Shown: positions 20,954 through 32,707, counted from the first letter of the stretch. The stretch: 64,000 nt of DNA from an uncultured beta proteobacterium (GCA_963735025.1 CAVTJG010000019.1:28596-92595), one strand, 5' to 3'. The notes: generated from the letters alone by a model not told the origin. Numbers and translations are program-made.

Positions 20954-21854
20954 GTTCGTAGCCAAGCTGGCGCAGCTTGGCCTCGTCGTCGCTCCAGCCC
21001 TTTCGCACCTTCACCCACACTTCGAGATACACCTTGCCGCCGAACAGCTTCTCCATGTCCAGCCGCGCCGCGGTGGCGATCGCCTTGAGCTTTTCACCGG
21101 CGCGGCCGATCACGATTGCCTTGTGTCCTGCCTTCTCGACCACGATTGCCGCGTGGACGCGGCGCAGCTTCCCGTCCTGCTCGAACTTCTCGACCACGAC
21201 CGTGCTGCCATAGGGCACCTCGTCACCGACCAACCGGAAGAGCTTCTCACGCACCAGCTCCGCCGCAAGGAACTGCTCGTTACGATCGGTCAGCGCATCA
21301 GCCGCATAGATCGGAGGTTGCTCGGGTAACCGGTCGACCAGGACACGCACGAGTTCTGCCACGTTGCGCCCGGTGCGCGCACTCACGGGCACGATCGCCG
21401 CGAAATCATGCTCCTTGGCCGCCGCCTGCAGAAAGGGCACCATGCGCGCCTTCTCCGGCAGCTTGTCGGCCTTGTTCACCACGAGAATGGCTGGCACTGC
21501 GCCAGGGAGCAGGCCGAGCACCCGGCGGTCCTCCGCGTGGATGCGCCCCGCCTCGATCACGACCAGCACCAGGTCGACTCCTTCGAGCGTCCGGACGACC
21601 GTCCGGTTCAGCACGCGATTGAGCGCCCCGCCCTGACGGACCTGGAAGCCGGGTGTATCGACGAACACCGCTTGCGCAGCGCCGGTGGTCAGAATGCCGG
21701 AGATGCGGTGCCGCGTGGTCTGCGGTTTCGCCGAGGTGATGCTCACCTTCTGTCCGACCATCCGGTTGAACAGGGTCGACTTACCCACGTTCGGGCGACC
21801 GACGAGCGCGACCATCCCGCTCCGAAAAATCAGGGGCGCCTCAGCGGGCTTCAT
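20946..21854 (-). CDS. era: GTPase Era
   Basis: '[10 protein letters not shown]', 'QTTR', 'DTPG', 'NKAD', KH domain. Confidence 0.96.
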   Translation of the reverse strand: MKPAEAPLIFRSGMVALVGRPNVGKSTLFNRMVGQKVSITSAKPQTTRHRISGILTTGAAQAVFVDTPGFQVRQGGALNRVLNRTVVRTLEGVDLVLVVIEAGRIHAEDRRVLGLLPGAVPAILVVNKADKLPEKARMVPFLQAAAKEHDFAAIVPVSARTGRNVAELVRVLVDRLPEQPPIYAADALTDRNEQFLAAELVREKLFRLVGDEVPYGSTVVVEKFEQDGKLRRVHAAIVVEKAGHKAIVIGRAGEKLKAIATAARLDMEKLFGGKVYLEVWVKVRKGWSDDEAKLRQLGYEHA

Positions 21855-22519
21855 GGCTGAATCCTTGCAAACGCCTGGCGCGCGGCGTCCTGCTCGGCCG
21901 CCCGGCGGCTTGCCCCGGTGCCGACCGTGCGGACTTCGAGCTCACCGATCAGGCATTCCACCTCGAAGAGCTGATTGTGCCCGGCGCCGTGCGTCGCGAC
22001 GACTGCGTACTGCGGCAGCGCGTACTTGTGGCCTTGCAGCCATTCCTGGAGCCGCGTCTTGGAATCCTTGGAAACCGCCTTGGGGTCCAGCACGTCGAGC
22101 GCAGGCGCCAGGACGCGTACGATCATTTCCCGCGCCACGTCGAACCCGGCGTCGAGAAACACTCCGCCGAAAACCGCCTCGACCGCATCCGCGAGAACTG
22201 AAGCACGTCGGAAATCGCCGCTCTTGAGGGCGCCTTTGCCCAGACGGAGATGATCGCCGAGGCCGATCTCGAGCGCCACCCTGTGGAGCGACTCCTCGCG
22301 CACCAGGCTGGCGCGCATCCGCGTCAGACGCCCCTCCTCGAGGGTGGGAAATCGCGCGAAAAGCTCCGCGGCGACGACTGAATTCAAGATGCTGTCGCCG
22401 AGGAATTCAAGCCGTTCGTTGTGGGGCGTGCTGTGACTGCGATGGGTAAGCGCCTGCTCGAGCAAGCGGGGATTGGCAAACCGGTGGCCGAGCGTCCGCT
22501 CGAGTACCTCGCGCTTCAT
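21851..22519 (-). CDS. rnc: Ribonuclease III
   Basis: '[10 protein letters not shown]' signature, dsRBD 'KTRLQEWLQ'. Confidence 0.96.
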   Translation of the reverse strand: MKREVLERTLGHRFANPRLLEQALTHRSHSTPHNERLEFLGDSILNSVVAAELFARFPTLEEGRLTRMRASLVREESLHRVALEIGLGDHLRLGKGALKSGDFRRASVLADAVEAVFGGVFLDAGFDVAREMIVRVLAPALDVLDPKAVSKDSKTRLQEWLQGHKYALPQYAVVATHGAGHNQLFEVECLIGELEVRTVGTGASRRAAEQDAARQAFARIQP

Positions 22520-22541
22520 CCCGTGCCGCGCATACCCGTCG

Positions 22542-22922
22542 CTACTCTGCCCGCCCCTTGGTCCGCCCGGGCTGGCTGGAGCCGGCAAAATCGATCAACA
22601 GGCTGACGTTGTAGAAGAGCGGGACCCGCTTTTCGTAGGCAAACGAGATGACGAGGTCCCCACCGTCCTTTGTGATCTCCAGATCCTGCGGTCCCACGGC
22701 CGTGAAGTCGTCGATCGCCTGGTGCCGCTCGAACGACCTGCGCACATCGGCGACCGAACCGCCGCGCAACTCGCCGCTCTGGGTCATGGAAGCGATCGCC
22801 TTCTTGATCGCGAAATATTCGAGGTAGGCCGGGGTGACCCGCATGCCGATCAATGCGGCGAACACCACCAGGATCAGGATGATGAGAATCCCGATCCCAC
22901 TCATTCCACGTTGTCTTCGCAT
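22542..22922 (-). CDS. DUF4845-like membrane-anchored protein
   Basis: Pilin-like 'RQRGMS' plus TM helix, 'P.YLEY'; conserved lepB-X-rnc position. Confidence 0.8.
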   Translation of the reverse strand: MRRQRGMSGIGILIILILVVFAALIGMRVTPAYLEYFAIKKAIASMTQSGELRGGSVADVRRSFERHQAIDDFTAVGPQDLEITKDGGDLVISFAYEKRVPLFYNVSLLIDFAGSSQPGRTKGRAE

Positions 22923-22935
22923 GGGCATTCTCCCG

Positions 22936-23724
22936 CTACAAGAACGAGCCGATGCGTCGCGGCTCGCCGAAATTGAACCAGATGACGAAGGCTCTACCCA
23001 CGATGTTGGCATCGGGCACGAAGCCCCATACCCGGCTGTCACTGGAGTTGTCACGATTGTCCCCCATCATGAAATAGTGACCTGGGGGAACCGTACAGGC
23101 CATTCCTTCCGTATTGTAGGTGCAATTCTGCCGAAACGGGAATTGCTTCACGAAGGGGGGAACGGCCGGTGCGTCCTCCTCCAGCAGGATGTGATGCTCG
23201 CGCTGACCGAACGTCTCGATGAACTGCCGCGCGAAAGTCCGCCGGTCGAGGTACTGGTAGTCGCCATCGGGCTTGAGGGGGACCTCCTGCCCGTTGATCC
23301 AGAGGCGCTTGTCCTTGTAGACCACCTTGTCGCCGGGCAGCCCGACCACGCGCTTGATATAGTCGAGCGAAGGGTCTTCCGGGTAGCGGAACACCATGAC
23401 GTCGCCGCGCTTCGGATTGTTCACCTCCAGAATCTTGGTGTTCAGGATCGGCAGCCGCACGCCGTACGTGTACTTGTTGACCAAAATGAAATCGCCGACC
23501 AGCAGGGTGGGAATCATCGATCCGGAAGGGATCTTGAAGGGCTCGACCACGAACGACCGCAGCAGGAACACGACCAGGATCACGGGGAAAAAGCTCTTCG
23601 GATACTCGATCCACCACGGTTCTTTCGCGCCCGGCTGGCGCCGCTTCGCCAGATAGAGCCGGTCCAGAAGCACGAAAACACCGGTCACCACCAGGAGCGC
23701 GAACAGGATCGCGGCGAAATTCAT
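22936..23724 (-). CDS. lepB: Signal peptidase I
   Basis: 'IPSGSM.PTL', 'YIKRVVG.PGD', 'MGDNRDNS.DSR'. Confidence 0.96.
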   Translation of the reverse strand: MNFAAILFALLVVTGVFVLLDRLYLAKRRQPGAKEPWWIEYPKSFFPVILVVFLLRSFVVEPFKIPSGSMIPTLLVGDFILVNKYTYGVRLPILNTKILEVNNPKRGDVMVFRYPEDPSLDYIKRVVGLPGDKVVYKDKRLWINGQEVPLKPDGDYQYLDRRTFARQFIETFGQREHHILLEEDAPAVPPFVKQFPFRQNCTYNTEGMACTVPPGHYFMMGDNRDNSSDSRVWGFVPDANIVGRAFVIWFNFGEPRRIGSFL

Positions 23725-23728
23725 CGGT

Positions 23729-25522
23729 TCATTTCCCCTCGAGCTGCAAGATCGCGAGAAACGCCTCTTGCGGAATTTCGACCGTGCCGACCTGCTTCAT
23801 TCGCTTCTTGCCCGCCTTCTGTTTCTCGAGCAGCTTCTTCTTCCGCGTGATATCGCCGCCGTAGCACTTCGCAAGGACGTTCTTGCGCAGCGCCTTGACC
23901 GTCTCGCGCGCGATGATGTGCGAGCCGATCGCCGCCTGCACGGCCACGTCGAACATCTGCCGCGGGATGAGCGCACGCATCCGCGTGACGAGTTCGCGGC
24001 CACGCGATTGCGAGGTCGAGCGGTGGACCATGAGCGAGAGCGCGTCCACCCGTTCGCCGTTGATGAGAATGTCCAGCTTGACCATGTCGGCCGACCGGTA
24101 TTCCTTGAAATCGTAATCGAGCGACGCGTAGCCGCGCGTGGCCGACTTGAGCTTGTCGAAAAAATCCAGCACCACTTCGTTCAGCGGCATCTCGTACACG
24201 AGCATGACCTGGCGTCCATGGTATTGCATGTTCTGCTGCGTGCCCCGCTTCTGCGTACACAACGTGATCACGTTGCCCACGAATTCCTGCGGGACGAAGA
24301 TCGTCGCCGTGATGATCGGCTCGCGTATCTCGGCGATCCGCGACGGGTCGGGCATCTTGGCCGGATTCTCGATCTGCTCCAGCGCTCCGTCGCCGGTGAC
24401 GACCTCGTAGACAACCGTCGGCGCAGTGGTGACGATGTCCATGTCGTACTCGCGCTCGAGCCGTTCCTGGACGATGTCCATGTGCAGCAGCCCGAGAAAT
24501 CCGCACCGGAAACCGAATCCGAGCGCCTGCGACACCTCGGGCTCGTAGTGCAGCGAAGCGTCGTTGAGCCTGAGCTTCTGCAGCGCTTCGCGCAATGCCT
24601 CGTACTGATTCGACTCGACCGGATAGATGCCGGCGAACACCTGCGGCTTGATCTCCTTGAAGTCGGGCAGCGCCTGCGCCGCCGGTCGATCGGCCAGCGT
24701 GACAGTGTCGCCGACCCGGGCGGCCTGGAGCTCCTTGATGCCCGAGATCACGAATCCGACCTCGCCGGCCGATAACCGCTCCCGAACCTGCGATTTCGGT
24801 GTGAACACGCCCACCTGCTCGCACAGATAGGTCGCCCGTGAAGACATGAGCATCAGGCGGTCTTTGGGTGCGAGCGTTCCGTCCACCACGCGGACCAGCA
24901 TGATCACACCGACGTAGTTGTCGAACCATGAATCGATGATCAGCGCCTTGAACGGTGCATCCCGATCGCCCTTCGGCGGTGGCACACGGGTGATCACCGC
25001 CTCGAGCGCGTCCTGCACGCCTTCACCGGTCTTGGCACTCACGCGCACGGCGTCCTGGGCGGCGATTCCGATGACGTCCTCGATCTCCTGAATGGCGCGT
25101 TCGGGATTCGCAGAGGGCAGATCGAGCTTGTTCAGCACCGGCACCACCTCGACACCCTGCTCGATCGCGGCGTAGCAATTTGCGACGGTCTGGGCCTCCA
25201 CGCCCTGGCTGGCGTCCACGACCAGCAGCGCACCCTCGCAGGCCGCGAGCGACCGCGAGACCTCGTAGGAGAAATCGACGTGTCCAGGTGTGTCGATCAG
25301 GTTCAGGACGTACGCCTGACCGTCTCGCCCGACGTAGCGCAGCACGGCCGTCTGCGCCTTGATCGTGATGCCGCGCTCACGCTCCAGATCCATCGAATCG
25401 AGCACTTGCTCCGACATCTCCCGGTCGGAAAGCCCGCCACAGAGCTGGATAAAGCGGTCCGCAAGCGTGGACTTGCCGTGATCGATGTGGGCGATGATGG
25501 AGAAGTTTCGAATATGCTGCAT
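23729..25522 (-). CDS. lepA: Elongation factor 4
   Basis: '[20 protein letters not shown]', '[13 protein letters not shown]'. Confidence 0.97.
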   Translation of the reverse strand: MQHIRNFSIIAHIDHGKSTLADRFIQLCGGLSDREMSEQVLDSMDLERERGITIKAQTAVLRYVGRDGQAYVLNLIDTPGHVDFSYEVSRSLAACEGALLVVDASQGVEAQTVANCYAAIEQGVEVVPVLNKLDLPSANPERAIQEIEDVIGIAAQDAVRVSAKTGEGVQDALEAVITRVPPPKGDRDAPFKALIIDSWFDNYVGVIMLVRVVDGTLAPKDRLMLMSSRATYLCEQVGVFTPKSQVRERLSAGEVGFVISGIKELQAARVGDTVTLADRPAAQALPDFKEIKPQVFAGIYPVESNQYEALREALQKLRLNDASLHYEPEVSQALGFGFRCGFLGLLHMDIVQERLEREYDMDIVTTAPTVVYEVVTGDGALEQIENPAKMPDPSRIAEIREPIITATIFVPQEFVGNVITLCTQKRGTQQNMQYHGRQVMLVYEMPLNEVVLDFFDKLKSATRGYASLDYDFKEYRSADMVKLDILINGERVDALSLMVHRSTSQSRGRELVTRMRALIPRQMFDVAVQAAIGSHIIARETVKALRKNVLAKCYGGDITRKKKLLEKQKAGKKRMKQVGTVEIPQEAFLAILQLEGK

Positions 25523-25636
25523 CAGGCAGATTGCCGGACCTTTCGAGGCGGGCGTGCGGGAAACGATTATTAGGCTCCCGCAGTTGGGCTCACACTACTG
25601 GGCCCCCGCAAAAAGTGAAGATCCTGAAAAAGGTGC

Positions 25637-25661
25637 AAAAAAGGGTGCCGTCTGGCACCCC
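25637..25661 (-). terminator. Intrinsic terminator between the rpoE operon and lepA
   Basis: Stem AGGGTGCC/GGCACCCT followed by T-run on minus strand. Confidence 0.65.
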
Positions 25662-25686
25662 TCAAGCCTACCTAAGCGCCCGAATT

Positions 25687-25941
25687 CTAGCGGATTTCCG
25701 TGAGATAGGCACGCACTCGCTGCGGATCCAGGAAATGGCGGCAGAGCAACGTGTCACCGTGCGCGAGCACGGGAACCTGATCGCCGTATTTCGACGCGAT
25801 CGCGGGATCACCATCCACGTCGACGTAGCGCACGCCGACACCCCACTCGGTCGCCAGCGGCGCGAGCGCCTCTGCCATGTCGTCACAAAGGTGGCAGTGC
25901 TTCCGGCCAAAGAGCGTGAGTGTCGGGGCAGGATCACCCAC
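25687..25941 (-). CDS. Glutaredoxin-like protein (DUF836 type)
   Basis: 'CHLCDDM', 'YG..VPVL'. Confidence 0.85.
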   Translation of the reverse strand: MGDPAPTLTLFGRKHCHLCDDMAEALAPLATEWGVGVRYVDVDGDPAIASKYGDQVPVLAHGDTLLCRHFLDPQRVRAYLTEIR

Positions 25942-27379
25942 GCGGTTCGCCCTTGATGGTCGCGAATAGATTGATGCCGCCGCGCCGGATCTGGAGCGTC
26001 AGCGTCGCGCTCTTGTCGAGCTTCGCAAGAACCTTGTTGAACTGCTCGGCGCTGGTCAGGTCGGTCGTCACGCCCTTGGCCGTCAGCGAGACGATCACAT
26101 CGCCGGGCCGAATGTCGCCGCGTGGCTCGCCGCGCACCTCGTCGACCACGACCCCGCCATTCAGCGCGAGCTCGCGGCGCTTGTCCTGCGCCAGGTCGCT
26201 GACGACCAGGCCCAGCCGGTTCGCGGCGAGCACGGGCTTGTCTGGACCCGGCGGCGTCGCCACTCCCGCGACGCGATCGTCCGGAATCTCGCCGACCGAT
26301 ACCGTGACTTCGCGCGGCGACCCTTTGCGCCAGACCTGGATGCCCGCACGCGTCCCAGGCCGGGTCGCCGCGACGATGCGCGGCAGGTCCATCGAGCTCT
26401 CGACGTCCTTGCCGTTGAACTTGAGGATGATGTCCCCGGTCTCGACACCGGCCGCTTCGGCGGGCCCGCCCTTCTCGACTGCGTTCACGAGCGCACCGCG
26501 CGGCCGATCGAGGCCGAACGAATCGGAAAGCTCTCTGGTGACCTCCTGGATCACCACTCCGATTCGACCCCGGCTCACGCGCCCGTTGGTCCGCAGCTGG
26601 TTCTGGACGTCCATCGCCACGTCGATCGGGATGGCGAACGAAAGCCCCATGAAACCGCCGGTGCGGCTGTAGATCTGGGAATTGATTCCGACCACTTCGC
26701 CCTTGAGGTTGAAGAGCGGTCCACCCGAATTGCCGGGATTGATCGCCACGTCGGTCTGGAGAAACGGCACGAAATTTTCCTGCGGCAGCGAACGTCCCTT
26801 CGCGCTGACGATACCGGCCGTGACAGTGTTCTCGAATCCGAACGGCGACCCGATGGCCAGCACCCATTCACCGACCCGCAGACTGCTCGGGTCGCCCAGC
26901 GTGACCGCCTGCAGTCCGCTGGCTTCGATCTTGATCAGAGCGACGTCGGTGCGGCGATCCGCTCCGATCACCCGTGCCTTGAACTCGCGCTTGTCGTTCA
27001 GCTTGACGGTGATCTCGTCCGCCGAATCCACCACGTGGGAGTTCGTGAGGACGTAGCCATCCGGGCTGATAATGAATCCGGACCCGAGCGACTGGCTCTC
27101 GAAATCGCGCGGTCCCTGGGGCCCCTGGGGACCGGGCGGAATGAACCGGCGGAGAAAATCGTCGAAAGGATTGTTTTCGTCCAGCGGGGGCACTCCCGGC
27201 TGCCCGCGCTGCTGACTCTGTTTCGGTCGCGCCTGCGTGGTGCTGATGTTCACGACCGAGGCGCCGTGGCTGTCGACGATCTGCGTGAAGTCCGGCAGTC
27301 CCCGGCTCTGGGCCGATGCGTCAAACGTGAGTCCGGCAGCCAGGAGCAGGCCGACGGCGAAAATTGACTTGATCATCAT
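25934..27379 (-). CDS. mucD: DegP/MucD (HtrA) periplasmic serine protease
   Basis: Signal peptide, 'LTNSHV', 'INPGNSGGPL', two PDZ domains; follows rseB. Confidence 0.9.
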   Translation of the reverse strand: MMIKSIFAVGLLLAAGLTFDASAQSRGLPDFTQIVDSHGASVVNISTTQARPKQSQQRGQPGVPPLDENNPFDDFLRRFIPPGPQGPQGPRDFESQSLGSGFIISPDGYVLTNSHVVDSADEITVKLNDKREFKARVIGADRRTDVALIKIEASGLQAVTLGDPSSLRVGEWVLAIGSPFGFENTVTAGIVSAKGRSLPQENFVPFLQTDVAINPGNSGGPLFNLKGEVVGINSQIYSRTGGFMGLSFAIPIDVAMDVQNQLRTNGRVSRGRIGVVIQEVTRELSDSFGLDRPRGALVNAVEKGGPAEAAGVETGDIILKFNGKDVESSMDLPRIVAATRPGTRAGIQVWRKGSPREVTVSVGEIPDDRVAGVATPPGPDKPVLAANRLGLVVSDLAQDKRRELALNGGVVVDEVRGEPRGDIRPGDVIVSLTAKGVTTDLTSAEQFNKVLAKLDKSATLTLQIRRGGINLFATIKGEPRG

Positions 27380-27440
27380 GGTTCCTGGAGGGGTGCGTTG
27401 ATCGAGATTCTAGCCGGCTGCGCGACGCGCGCGTCGCCCA

Positions 27441-28421
27441 TCATTGCGCACGGCGCTCGACGGAGTTGGCAATGAGACGCACGCTCTCGGCGGGAACCTC
27501 CCCCACCGCGGTCACCAGGTGCTCGTCGACTTGACGGCTGTAGATGTTTACCGCCCCCTTGCGGGACGCGCCCAGCTGAGGGGAATGCAACTTCAGCGCG
27601 AGCGGCTCGATGAACACCGAGACCGCCGCGAGGCCGTCAGACACCACGATCTGGCCGACCGCGTGGCCGCCTCCCGCGTCGCGTCGGAGCGTGGTGACCC
27701 GGCTGAAGCCTGCCGGAAGGGTGTTGATCGCCCAGCCGAGCTCCGCCAGATCGACGGCAGATGCTTGATGATCTTCAATGTTCCATTCGCTTCCAGCGCT
27801 GGCGTAGCGCGCACGCAGAAGGTCTTTGTCGATCGGGCCACCGATCGTGAGCTGGGTGAACGAGAATCGTTCGACCATCTTTCCCCGCTCGTCGAATGCC
27901 TTGGCCGTCACGAGAAGCCCGCTCTCGATATCTGCGCACAGCTTGTGTCCGTAGCGCAGATTGTCCTTCGGCACGAGGATGATCGATTGACAGTCGCGGC
28001 CGGCGGTCCGCTCGACGCCGCCTTTGCGGATGTCATACTGGTCGGCGATGACGCTCACGTCTGCGTGGCGTAAGGGGAACGGCTTGGCGTTCATGCCTCG
28101 TTCCACCTTCACGGTCATCGTCGCCGGAAGATAGCATCTCAACTCATCGTTCACCCGAACGATCTCGCGCGGGGTTCCGTCGAGCGCCTCGAGCCGCTCG
28201 CGGATCCCGCTCGCATCGACGACTCGCGTGATCCGTGACGTCTCGACGTCTTCGTCATGCTGATAGACGAATGTGCCCCGGTAGCTCAAACGCTCGCTTG
28301 CCGAGTAGATGCGCCCCAGCCAATCGCTTGCGTCCCCCGAGCCCTCTGCAGCGGCGTCGGCAACGTAGAACAGGGATGTCGCAGTGAGTGCCGCGGCAAC
28401 GGCGAACGCCTTCATTCTCAA
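27441..28421 (-). CDS. rseB: Sigma-E negative regulator RseB/MucB
   Basis: 'SYRGTFVYQ', 'SDGLAAVSVFIEP', 'VGEVP'. Confidence 0.9.
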   Translation of the reverse strand: MRMKAFAVAAALTATSLFYVADAAAEGSGDASDWLGRIYSASERLSYRGTFVYQHDEDVETSRITRVVDASGIRERLEALDGTPREIVRVNDELRCYLPATMTVKVERGMNAKPFPLRHADVSVIADQYDIRKGGVERTAGRDCQSIILVPKDNLRYGHKLCADIESGLLVTAKAFDERGKMVERFSFTQLTIGGPIDKDLLRARYASAGSEWNIEDHQASAVDLAELGWAINTLPAGFSRVTTLRRDAGGGHAVGQIVVSDGLAAVSVFIEPLALKLHSPQLGASRKGAVNIYSRQVDEHLVTAVGEVPAESVRLIANSVERRAQ

Positions 28422-28924
28422 CGCGCCGGCGTGGATTCGGAAACGGTCCGGACGTAAGGCGCCACGCCCGACATCGCGGAGGACGGCGAGAATCTCTGAT
28501 GCGCCAGGAGGTAGTCGCCCACGTCCTGCGCAACCGGCACCACGGGTGCGGTGGCTACCGGCGCGACCACAGCGTTCCGGGCTTCGACGATTGGCGACGA
28601 CGTCAGCTGAGGCAGGCCTACCCAGGCAACGAATGCCACCGCCGCAATGCTCGCGGCAAGGGGCAGTGCGTACCGCAGCGGGCCGCGCAGCACGCCCGCC
28701 TTCGGCCGCGCGCGCGGCGCGATAACCGTGGGCTCCGCGGCCAGGCGGCTTGCGAACGATTCCGAAAGCGCTCCTCCGCCGGTGTCGCGCAGCGCGTCAC
28801 CGATGAGGTGGTACATCTCCCAGCTCTGGCGCAGCTCCCCGTCCTCCTTCAAGCGATCCAGGCAGCGCTCGCACTCCGCGCGGTCTCCCTGGTCGTCCAT
28901 CATCGCCGAGAGTTGTTCCTTCAT
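28418..28924 (-). CDS. rseA: Anti-sigma-E factor RseA/MucA
   Basis: 'LSAMMD', 'W..YHLIGDALR', 'EPT', TM helix, 'YLLAHQ'. Confidence 0.9.
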   Translation of the reverse strand: MKEQLSAMMDDQGDRAECERCLDRLKEDGELRQSWEMYHLIGDALRDTGGGALSESFASRLAAEPTVIAPRARPKAGVLRGPLRYALPLAASIAAVAFVAWVGLPQLTSSPIVEARNAVVAPVATAPVVPVAQDVGDYLLAHQRFSPSSAMSGVAPYVRTVSESTPAR

Positions 28925-28928
28925 CGCT

Positions 28929-29528
28929 TCACCACCTCTTGTCCTTGCGTGTTTCGATCAGCGGTCGCAGCCTGGCCGCAATCGCCTCGCGAGCGCGGAA
29001 GATACGCGACCTTACCGTCCCGATCGGGCAATTCATGATGCCTGCAATCTCCTCGTAGCTCAGCCCCTCGATCTCGCGGAGGGTGATTGCTGTGCGCAAT
29101 TCATCCGGCAACTCTTCCATCGTAGCGTTCACGGTCTCGGCAACCTCCTTGGACATCAGCACGCTTTCGGGCGTATTGATGTCGCGCAACTGATCGCCGT
29201 CCTCGAACGACTCCGCCTCCTCCGAATCGAACTCCGTGGTGGTGGGCGCCCGGCGCCCCATCGCCACGAGATAGTTCTTGGCCGTGTTGATGCCTATCCG
29301 GTACAGCCACGTGTAGAACGCGCTGTCACCGCGAAACGAAGGCAGCGCCCGGTACGCCTTGATGAACGATTCCTGGGCAACGTCTTCAACTTCCGCAGGG
29401 TCCCGGATAAATCGCGACAGCAGCCGCCACAGCTTGCGCTCGTACTTGGTGACAAGCAGCCCGAACGCCTGCTTGTCGCCGCGCTGCGCGCGCTCTACCA
29501 GCTGCTGGTCGATCTCGCGATCACCCAT
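28929..29528 (-). CDS. rpoE: RNA polymerase sigma factor RpoE
   Basis: 'FRGDSAFYTWLYRIGINTAKN', 'GTVRSRIFRARE'. Confidence 0.96.
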   Translation of the reverse strand: MGDREIDQQLVERAQRGDKQAFGLLVTKYERKLWRLLSRFIRDPAEVEDVAQESFIKAYRALPSFRGDSAFYTWLYRIGINTAKNYLVAMGRRAPTTTEFDSEEAESFEDGDQLRDINTPESVLMSKEVAETVNATMEELPDELRTAITLREIEGLSYEEIAGIMNCPIGTVRSRIFRAREAIAARLRPLIETRKDKRW

Positions 29529-29629
29529 CCGATCGCCTGCGTCGGGCAAACGCCTTACCGTTCAGGCGTTTAGTCCCGCTCTCTCCAGGCACGGCGGCAA
29601 TCGCCGACACCGCACACAACCTCGCTCGT

Positions 29630-29656
29630 AAAGACATGGCGCAATCCAATTAGTTC
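29630..29656 (-). promoter_or_regulatory. Putative sigmaE-dependent (autoregulatory) promoter of rpoE
   Basis: GAACTA-N16-TCTTT resembles the GAACTT-N16-TCTNA consensus. Confidence 0.55.
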
Positions 29657-29689
29657 AGTCCGACCAAGGGTCTTTCGGATCCATGTGGC

Positions 29690-30127
29690 TCAGATCACAC
29701 CTGTTCTTGCCCGGCCGCGTGGACGCGGCCGCCACCGCAACCAGACGCGCAGTTCCCGGCGCGCCGCATCTTCCATGGCATCGGGGAGCAATGCGAGCGG
29801 CAGCCGACTCCGCCCAGCCTCCTTCAGACCAATGACCATCAGCCAGGGGGCCACTACTGCGCCACTCACATGCGCAGCCACATGCCAATCGCCATCGCCG
29901 TCCCGCCAGACCGCACTGCCGTCCGGCCTGAGCATGAGTTCGCGCACCGCGCTGCGCCGCCACTGCAGCATTTCGCCCAGGAGTACGGTCATCGAAAGTG
30001 CCAGACCCAGCACACAGATCACTGCGGCAGCCACGGGCAGAGCGACGAACACTGCGACCGCGGCCAGTGCATGCAAGGCTCCCGCTAATGCGGCACCCAG
30101 GGGCGATGGTCTGATCAGCACGGGCAC
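29690..30127 (-). CDS. YgfX/CptA-family inner membrane protein
   Basis: 'RPS' + two TM helices, C-terminal 'LLPDA....RRELRVWLRW'. Confidence 0.75.
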   Translation of the reverse strand: MPVLIRPSPLGAALAGALHALAAVAVFVALPVAAAVICVLGLALSMTVLLGEMLQWRRSAVRELMLRPDGSAVWRDGDGDWHVAAHVSGAVVAPWLMVIGLKEAGRSRLPLALLPDAMEDAARRELRVWLRWRPRPRGRARTGVI

Positions 30128-30144
30128 GCAGTTCGCTCGGGCGG

Positions 30145-31383
30145 TCAGACCCGAACGAAAATCAGCGTCCCGTTCGTGCCACCGAAACCGAACGAATTGG
30201 AGAGCGCGGCACGAATGGACATCCGCCGCGCTTCCCGCGGCACGTAGTCCAGGTCACACGCATCATCCTGCTCGACCAGATTTGCGGTCGGTGGTGCCAC
30301 CTGCTCGTGAACGGCAAGTGCGGAAAACACCGCCTCCACCCCGCCCGCGGCGCCCAGCAGATGACCGGTCATGGATTTCGTGGAGCTCATCGCGAGGCGC
30401 CTGGCGTGATCACCGAAGCAGCGCTTCACCGCGACCGTCTCGGCGATGTCGCCGAGCTGCGTGGATGTGCCATGTGCGTTGATGTAGTCGATCTGATCCG
30501 GGTTGAGCCGCGCGTTCCTGAGCGCGTTTGCCATGCAGCGCGCGGCACCCTCGCCGTCCTCCGCGGGCTGGGTGATGTGGAATGCGTCGGCACTCATCCC
30601 GTACCCCGCGAGCTCCGCGTAGATTCGCGCGCCGCGCCGGCGCGCATGCTCGTATTCTTCGAGGACGACGCACCCGGCGCCTTCGCCCAGCACGAATCCG
30701 TCGCGTCCCTTGTCCCAGGGGCGACTGGCCGTCGCGGGATCGTCGTTGCGCGTGGACAGCGCGCGCGCCGCGCAGAAACCTCCCACGCCGAGCGGGGAGA
30801 TGGTCGACTCCGCACCTCCCGCGACCATCACGTCAGCGTCACCGTACTCGATCAACCGACCCGCGTCTCCGATCGTGTGAGCACTGGTCGTGCACGCCGT
30901 CACCATCGCGAGATTGGGGCCCTTGAGGCCCAGCATGATCGAAAGCTGTCCCGCGATCATGTTGATGATGGTGCCCGGAACAAAGAATGGCGAAATCTTC
31001 CGCGCGCCGCCGCTTCGATAGCCGTCGTGAGTTTCCTCGATCAACGGCAGGCCGCCGATTCCGGATCCGATGTTGGCGCCGGCGCGCTCCAGGTCGATCT
31101 TCGCGAGGTCGAGGCCGGAATCACGAACCGCCTGCATGCTCGCCGCGATGCCGTAGTGGATAAACTTGTCGAAGCGCCGCAGTTCCTTTGGCCCAAGGTA
31201 TGCGGTGGCGTCAAAGCCCTTCACCTCGCCTGCGATCTGGCTGGGAAACGCGGCCGCGTCGAATTGGGTAATGCGGGAGATCCCGGGCCTCCCGGCCAGA
31301 ATCTCCGCCCAAGCCGACTCGACCGTATTGCCGACCGGGCAGACAAGTCCGACGCCGGTGACGACTACGCGGCGTCGCGACAC
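30145..31383 (-). CDS. fabF: 3-oxoacyl-ACP synthase II
   Basis: 'TACTT', 'INAHGTST', '[12 protein letters not shown]', 'NSFGFGGTN'. Confidence 0.96.
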   Translation of the reverse strand: MSRRRVVVTGVGLVCPVGNTVESAWAEILAGRPGISRITQFDAAAFPSQIAGEVKGFDATAYLGPKELRRFDKFIHYGIAASMQAVRDSGLDLAKIDLERAGANIGSGIGGLPLIEETHDGYRSGGARKISPFFVPGTIINMIAGQLSIMLGLKGPNLAMVTACTTSAHTIGDAGRLIEYGDADVMVAGGAESTISPLGVGGFCAARALSTRNDDPATASRPWDKGRDGFVLGEGAGCVVLEEYEHARRRGARIYAELAGYGMSADAFHITQPAEDGEGAARCMANALRNARLNPDQIDYINAHGTSTQLGDIAETVAVKRCFGDHARRLAMSSTKSMTGHLLGAAGGVEAVFSALAVHEQVAPPTANLVEQDDACDLDYVPREARRMSIRAALSNSFGFGGTNGTLIFVRV

Positions 31384-31470
31384 GATGTGGTGCCCAACAA
31401 AGTGGTACCCAAGAATGCGGTCCCCAGGGATGCCCCGTTGCAGCGGGGGCGCGAAAGAGGCAGGGGCCGG

Positions 31471-31713
31471 TCAGGCCTTCTTCGTGTGGGCGACGATGAA
31501 ATCGATCGCCTGCTGGACGGTGGTGATCTTCTCGGCCTCCTCGTCCGGAATCTCGGTCTCGAACTCCTCCTCGAGTGCCATCACGAGCTCCACGGTATCG
31601 AGGGAGTCCGCCCCCAGATCGTCCACGAACCGGGATTCGTTCTTTATTTCCGATTCGTTCACGCCGAGTTGCTCGGCGACGATCTTTCTGACTCGTTGAT
31701 CGACGTTTTCCAT
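31471..31713 (-). CDS. acpP: Acyl carrier protein
   Basis: '[20 protein letters not shown]'. Confidence 0.97.
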   Translation of the reverse strand: MENVDQRVRKIVAEQLGVNESEIKNESRFVDDLGADSLDTVELVMALEEEFETEIPDEEAEKITTVQQAIDFIVAHTKKA

Positions 31714-31965
31714 GCTGACTCCTTCCCCATTGTCCTGACTTGTACTTGCTTGCCCTGCGTGGGCCTATCCGAGCCGCGCAATTCTAGCAGAATCGACCCG
31801 TCGCTCCGTACCTACCGGAACATCACCTAACTGCGTATCCAGAAGCGCGGCGCACGCACGAGGGGATATACAAGGTGCCTGCCCCTTGTTCGTACTACCA
31901 GGGTTTTCCCTGCACGCTGATTTCACAAATCGAACGCCTCCGCCGGGTCATTTCTCGACGGCATG

Positions 31966-32706
31966 CTAGCCCATGTACATGCCGCCATTGACGTGGAGCG
32001 TGGCGCCGGTGATGTAGGCCGCTCCGGGCGAGGCCAGAAACACGACTGCAGCGGCGACATCCTCGGGCCGACCGAGGCGCCCGAGCGGAATCTGACCGAG
32101 CAGCGCGGCGCGGCTCGCCTCCGGCAAAGCCTGCGTCATGTCGGTATCGATGAAGCCGGGCGCGACACAGTTTACCGTGATGCCCCGGCTCCCGATCTCA
32201 CGGCCGAGCGAGCGAGTGAATCCGGCGATCCCCGCCTTTGCGGCCGAGTAATTGACCTGGCCAGCATTGCCGCTCGCGCCCACCACCGACGTGATATTGA
32301 TGATTCTGCCGGCGCGTGCCTTCATCATTCCGCGCAGGACGGCTCGCGACAGGCGGAACACGGACGTGAGATTCGCGTCCATGACCGCGTCCCACTCGTC
32401 ATCCTTCATACGAAGCAGAAGATTGTCGCGGGTGATGCCGGCGTTGTTGACCAGTATGGTCACTGCGCCGTACTCCTTCTCGACTTCCGTCAGCAGCCGG
32501 TTGACGGCCTCGGCATCCGTCACGTCCAGGACGGCCCCGCGCCCTCGCACTTTCGCCTCCGCAAATGCCTCGCCGACGCCTACCGCGCCCGCTTCCGTCG
32601 TACCCGTGCCGATGACCGTCGCCCCGGATGCGCCGAGCGCAAGGGCGATCGAGCGACCGATACCGCGCGTGGCGCCGGTGACGAGCGCGATCTGTCCATC
32701 CAGCAC
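31966..32706 (-). CDS. fabG: 3-oxoacyl-ACP reductase
   Basis: 'TGATRGIG', 'NNAGITRD', 'NYSAAK'. Confidence 0.95.
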   Translation of the reverse strand: MLDGQIALVTGATRGIGRSIALALGASGATVIGTGTTEAGAVGVGEAFAEAKVRGRGAVLDVTDAEAVNRLLTEVEKEYGAVTILVNNAGITRDNLLLRMKDDEWDAVMDANLTSVFRLSRAVLRGMMKARAGRIINITSVVGASGNAGQVNYSAAKAGIAGFTRSLGREIGSRGITVNCVAPGFIDTDMTQALPEASRAALLGQIPLGRLGRPEDVAAAVVFLASPGAAYITGATLHVNGGMYMG

Positions 32707-32707
32707 G

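Noticed and set aside
29690..30127. YgfX/CptA as an orphan toxin of a TA system
   Set aside because: No partner gene nearby; occurs as an ordinary conserved membrane protein near rpoE, and its toxin role is doubtful.
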